NCBI RefSeq assembly: GCF_006345805.1 | Contig: NW_021834421.1 | Location: forward strand, 1-49,866 | Direction of reading: 5' to 3' | Source: Octopus sinensis | Lineage: Eukaryota | DNA length: 49,866 nucleotides | Shown here: in pieces, positions 48,847 through 49,866 of the stretch | How the letters are laid out: each line of letters starts with the position of its first letter | How positions within the stretch are numbered: the first letter of the stretch is position 1 | The notes under the pieces: model-generated | Database searches by the model: none | Told to the model about the DNA's origin: nothing | What the model saw: the letters and a program-made list of their open reading frames with translations, nothing else | Translations under genes and position numbers: made by a program

Positions 48847-49187
48847 CAGTAGTTCGCAACCGGGGTCAATATGATCCATGAGGGTCCATATAACATTTTG
48901 TGGGGTCTATACGACAAAATAGTAAATTGGGATCCACACTAGTATTTTAAGGGCCCCTGAAAAATTTTTGCTTTAGATGTATGTATTGGTATGTATTGCA
49001 AGAAACAGCTAGGTTTTGTTCTCTAACATTTTACATAGTTCAACCTACGCAAGTTAATGTGTGTGAAACAAAATAGGAATTTTTAGTTTTTAATCATCAA
49101 ATGACGATGGGGGGAGGGGTCCACCAGAATAAAATAGTAATCAAAGGGATCCATATCCATAGATAAAAAAATGGTTGAGAATCCCTA
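48847..49187. mobile_element. hAT MITE, second copy in opposite orientation to 19831-20198
   Basis: Shares GTATGTATTGGTATGTATTGCAAGAAACAGC and CCACCAGAATAAAATAGTAATCAAAGGG; degenerate TIRs CAGTAGTTCGCAAC / GTTGAGAATCCCTA. Confidence 0.8.
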
Positions 49188-49340
49188 CTCTCGATGAAAG
49201 AAATTCTGAAATAACAGCTGTCATATTTGCGAAGCCAGAAACCTTGCTCTTGATTTGTAGAAAGTCTTAGCGGTGTTGTGCAAGCTGTTATTGACTTCAT
49301 ATTTCAGCGCTGGCGTTGCTCACAGCCATTGTCTTTATCT

Positions 49341-49497
49341 ATCTATCCGCTCAGTCGAAGTCGACTCTCGGTTACTCGTCGTTGGATCAGTGTCCTCCAG
49401 TCAGTTCTTCTTTCAGATTGGCTATGTCCATTCCGGTATCACCCTTGAAAAGAGAATTAGTCAGTGGTGGTCATACTCGTCTTCTAGCTGACAACCA
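49341..49497 (-). mobile_element. RTE-clade LINE 3' terminal fragment
   Basis: ARRR..PPLT..DTGMDIANLK, then RTDWRTLIQRRVTESRLRLSG*, like the BovB/RTE ending DR..WR..V..V..SR.RL. Confidence 0.6.
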
Positions 49498-49499
49498 CC

Positions 49500-49675
49500 A
49501 TGTATGTATGTATGTATGTATGTATGTATGTATGTATGTATGTATGTATGTATGTATGTATGTATGTATGGATGGATGGATGGATGGATGTATGTATGTA
49601 TGTATGTATGTGTATGTGTATGTATGTATGTATGTATGTATGTATGTATGTATGTATGTATGTATGTGTGTGTGT
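49500..49675. repeat. (TATG)n/(GATG)n microsatellite
   Basis: Direct reading. Confidence 0.95.
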
Positions 49676-49822
49676 ATGTCTTTATGCACGTTATTACATT
49701 TGTATACTAACAAACAGGCATTCAAGCATATGTATGTGTATATTGCTATCTATTGTCTGTTCTGTTTGTCTGTCAGTTTGTTCATTCAGTCTGTGCGATG
49801 TGATTTACGTATGCATATATAA

Positions 49823-49863
<41 letters not shown>

Positions 49864-49866
49864 TAT

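Noticed and set aside
2100-49866. The many 60-280 aa ORFs of [12 protein letters not shown], poly-N/T/H/M/D or FFLS type
   Set aside because: They are translations of microsatellites and low-complexity tracts, with no coding evidence

Overview
AT-rich eukaryotic DNA saturated with microsatellites. The recurring SINE families are ones I recognise from memory as Octopus repeats, so this is probably an octopus (coleoid) intron or intergenic region; that is inference, not a database result. No host protein-coding gene can be called confidently, only two weak candidate exons, and almost all ORF-track entries are microsatellite translations. Transposon content: three or four tRNA-derived SINE families, two full-length decayed mariners, two DD37D Tc1/mariner relics, a Tc1 fragment, mariner and hAT MITEs, RTE fragments, two restriction-like-endonuclease LINE 3' ends embedded in microsatellites, and a Penelope-like GIY-YIG relic. 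The main hidden signal is a set of about 8 type-I hammerhead ribozyme motifs in mutually unrelated short elements. Two lie inside tandem 1.2-1.45-mer repeats (retrozyme/pLTR-like), several have palindromic minimal helix III, and two have a compensatory U3-A8 core. Also notable: a 713-bp and a 202-bp near-perfect palindrome, and a 648-bp retroposed insert with a 14-bp TSD carrying an unrecognised 125-aa C-terminal ORF. Indel noise in the GAT array suggests incompletely polished long-read sequence, so single indels should be read cautiously.
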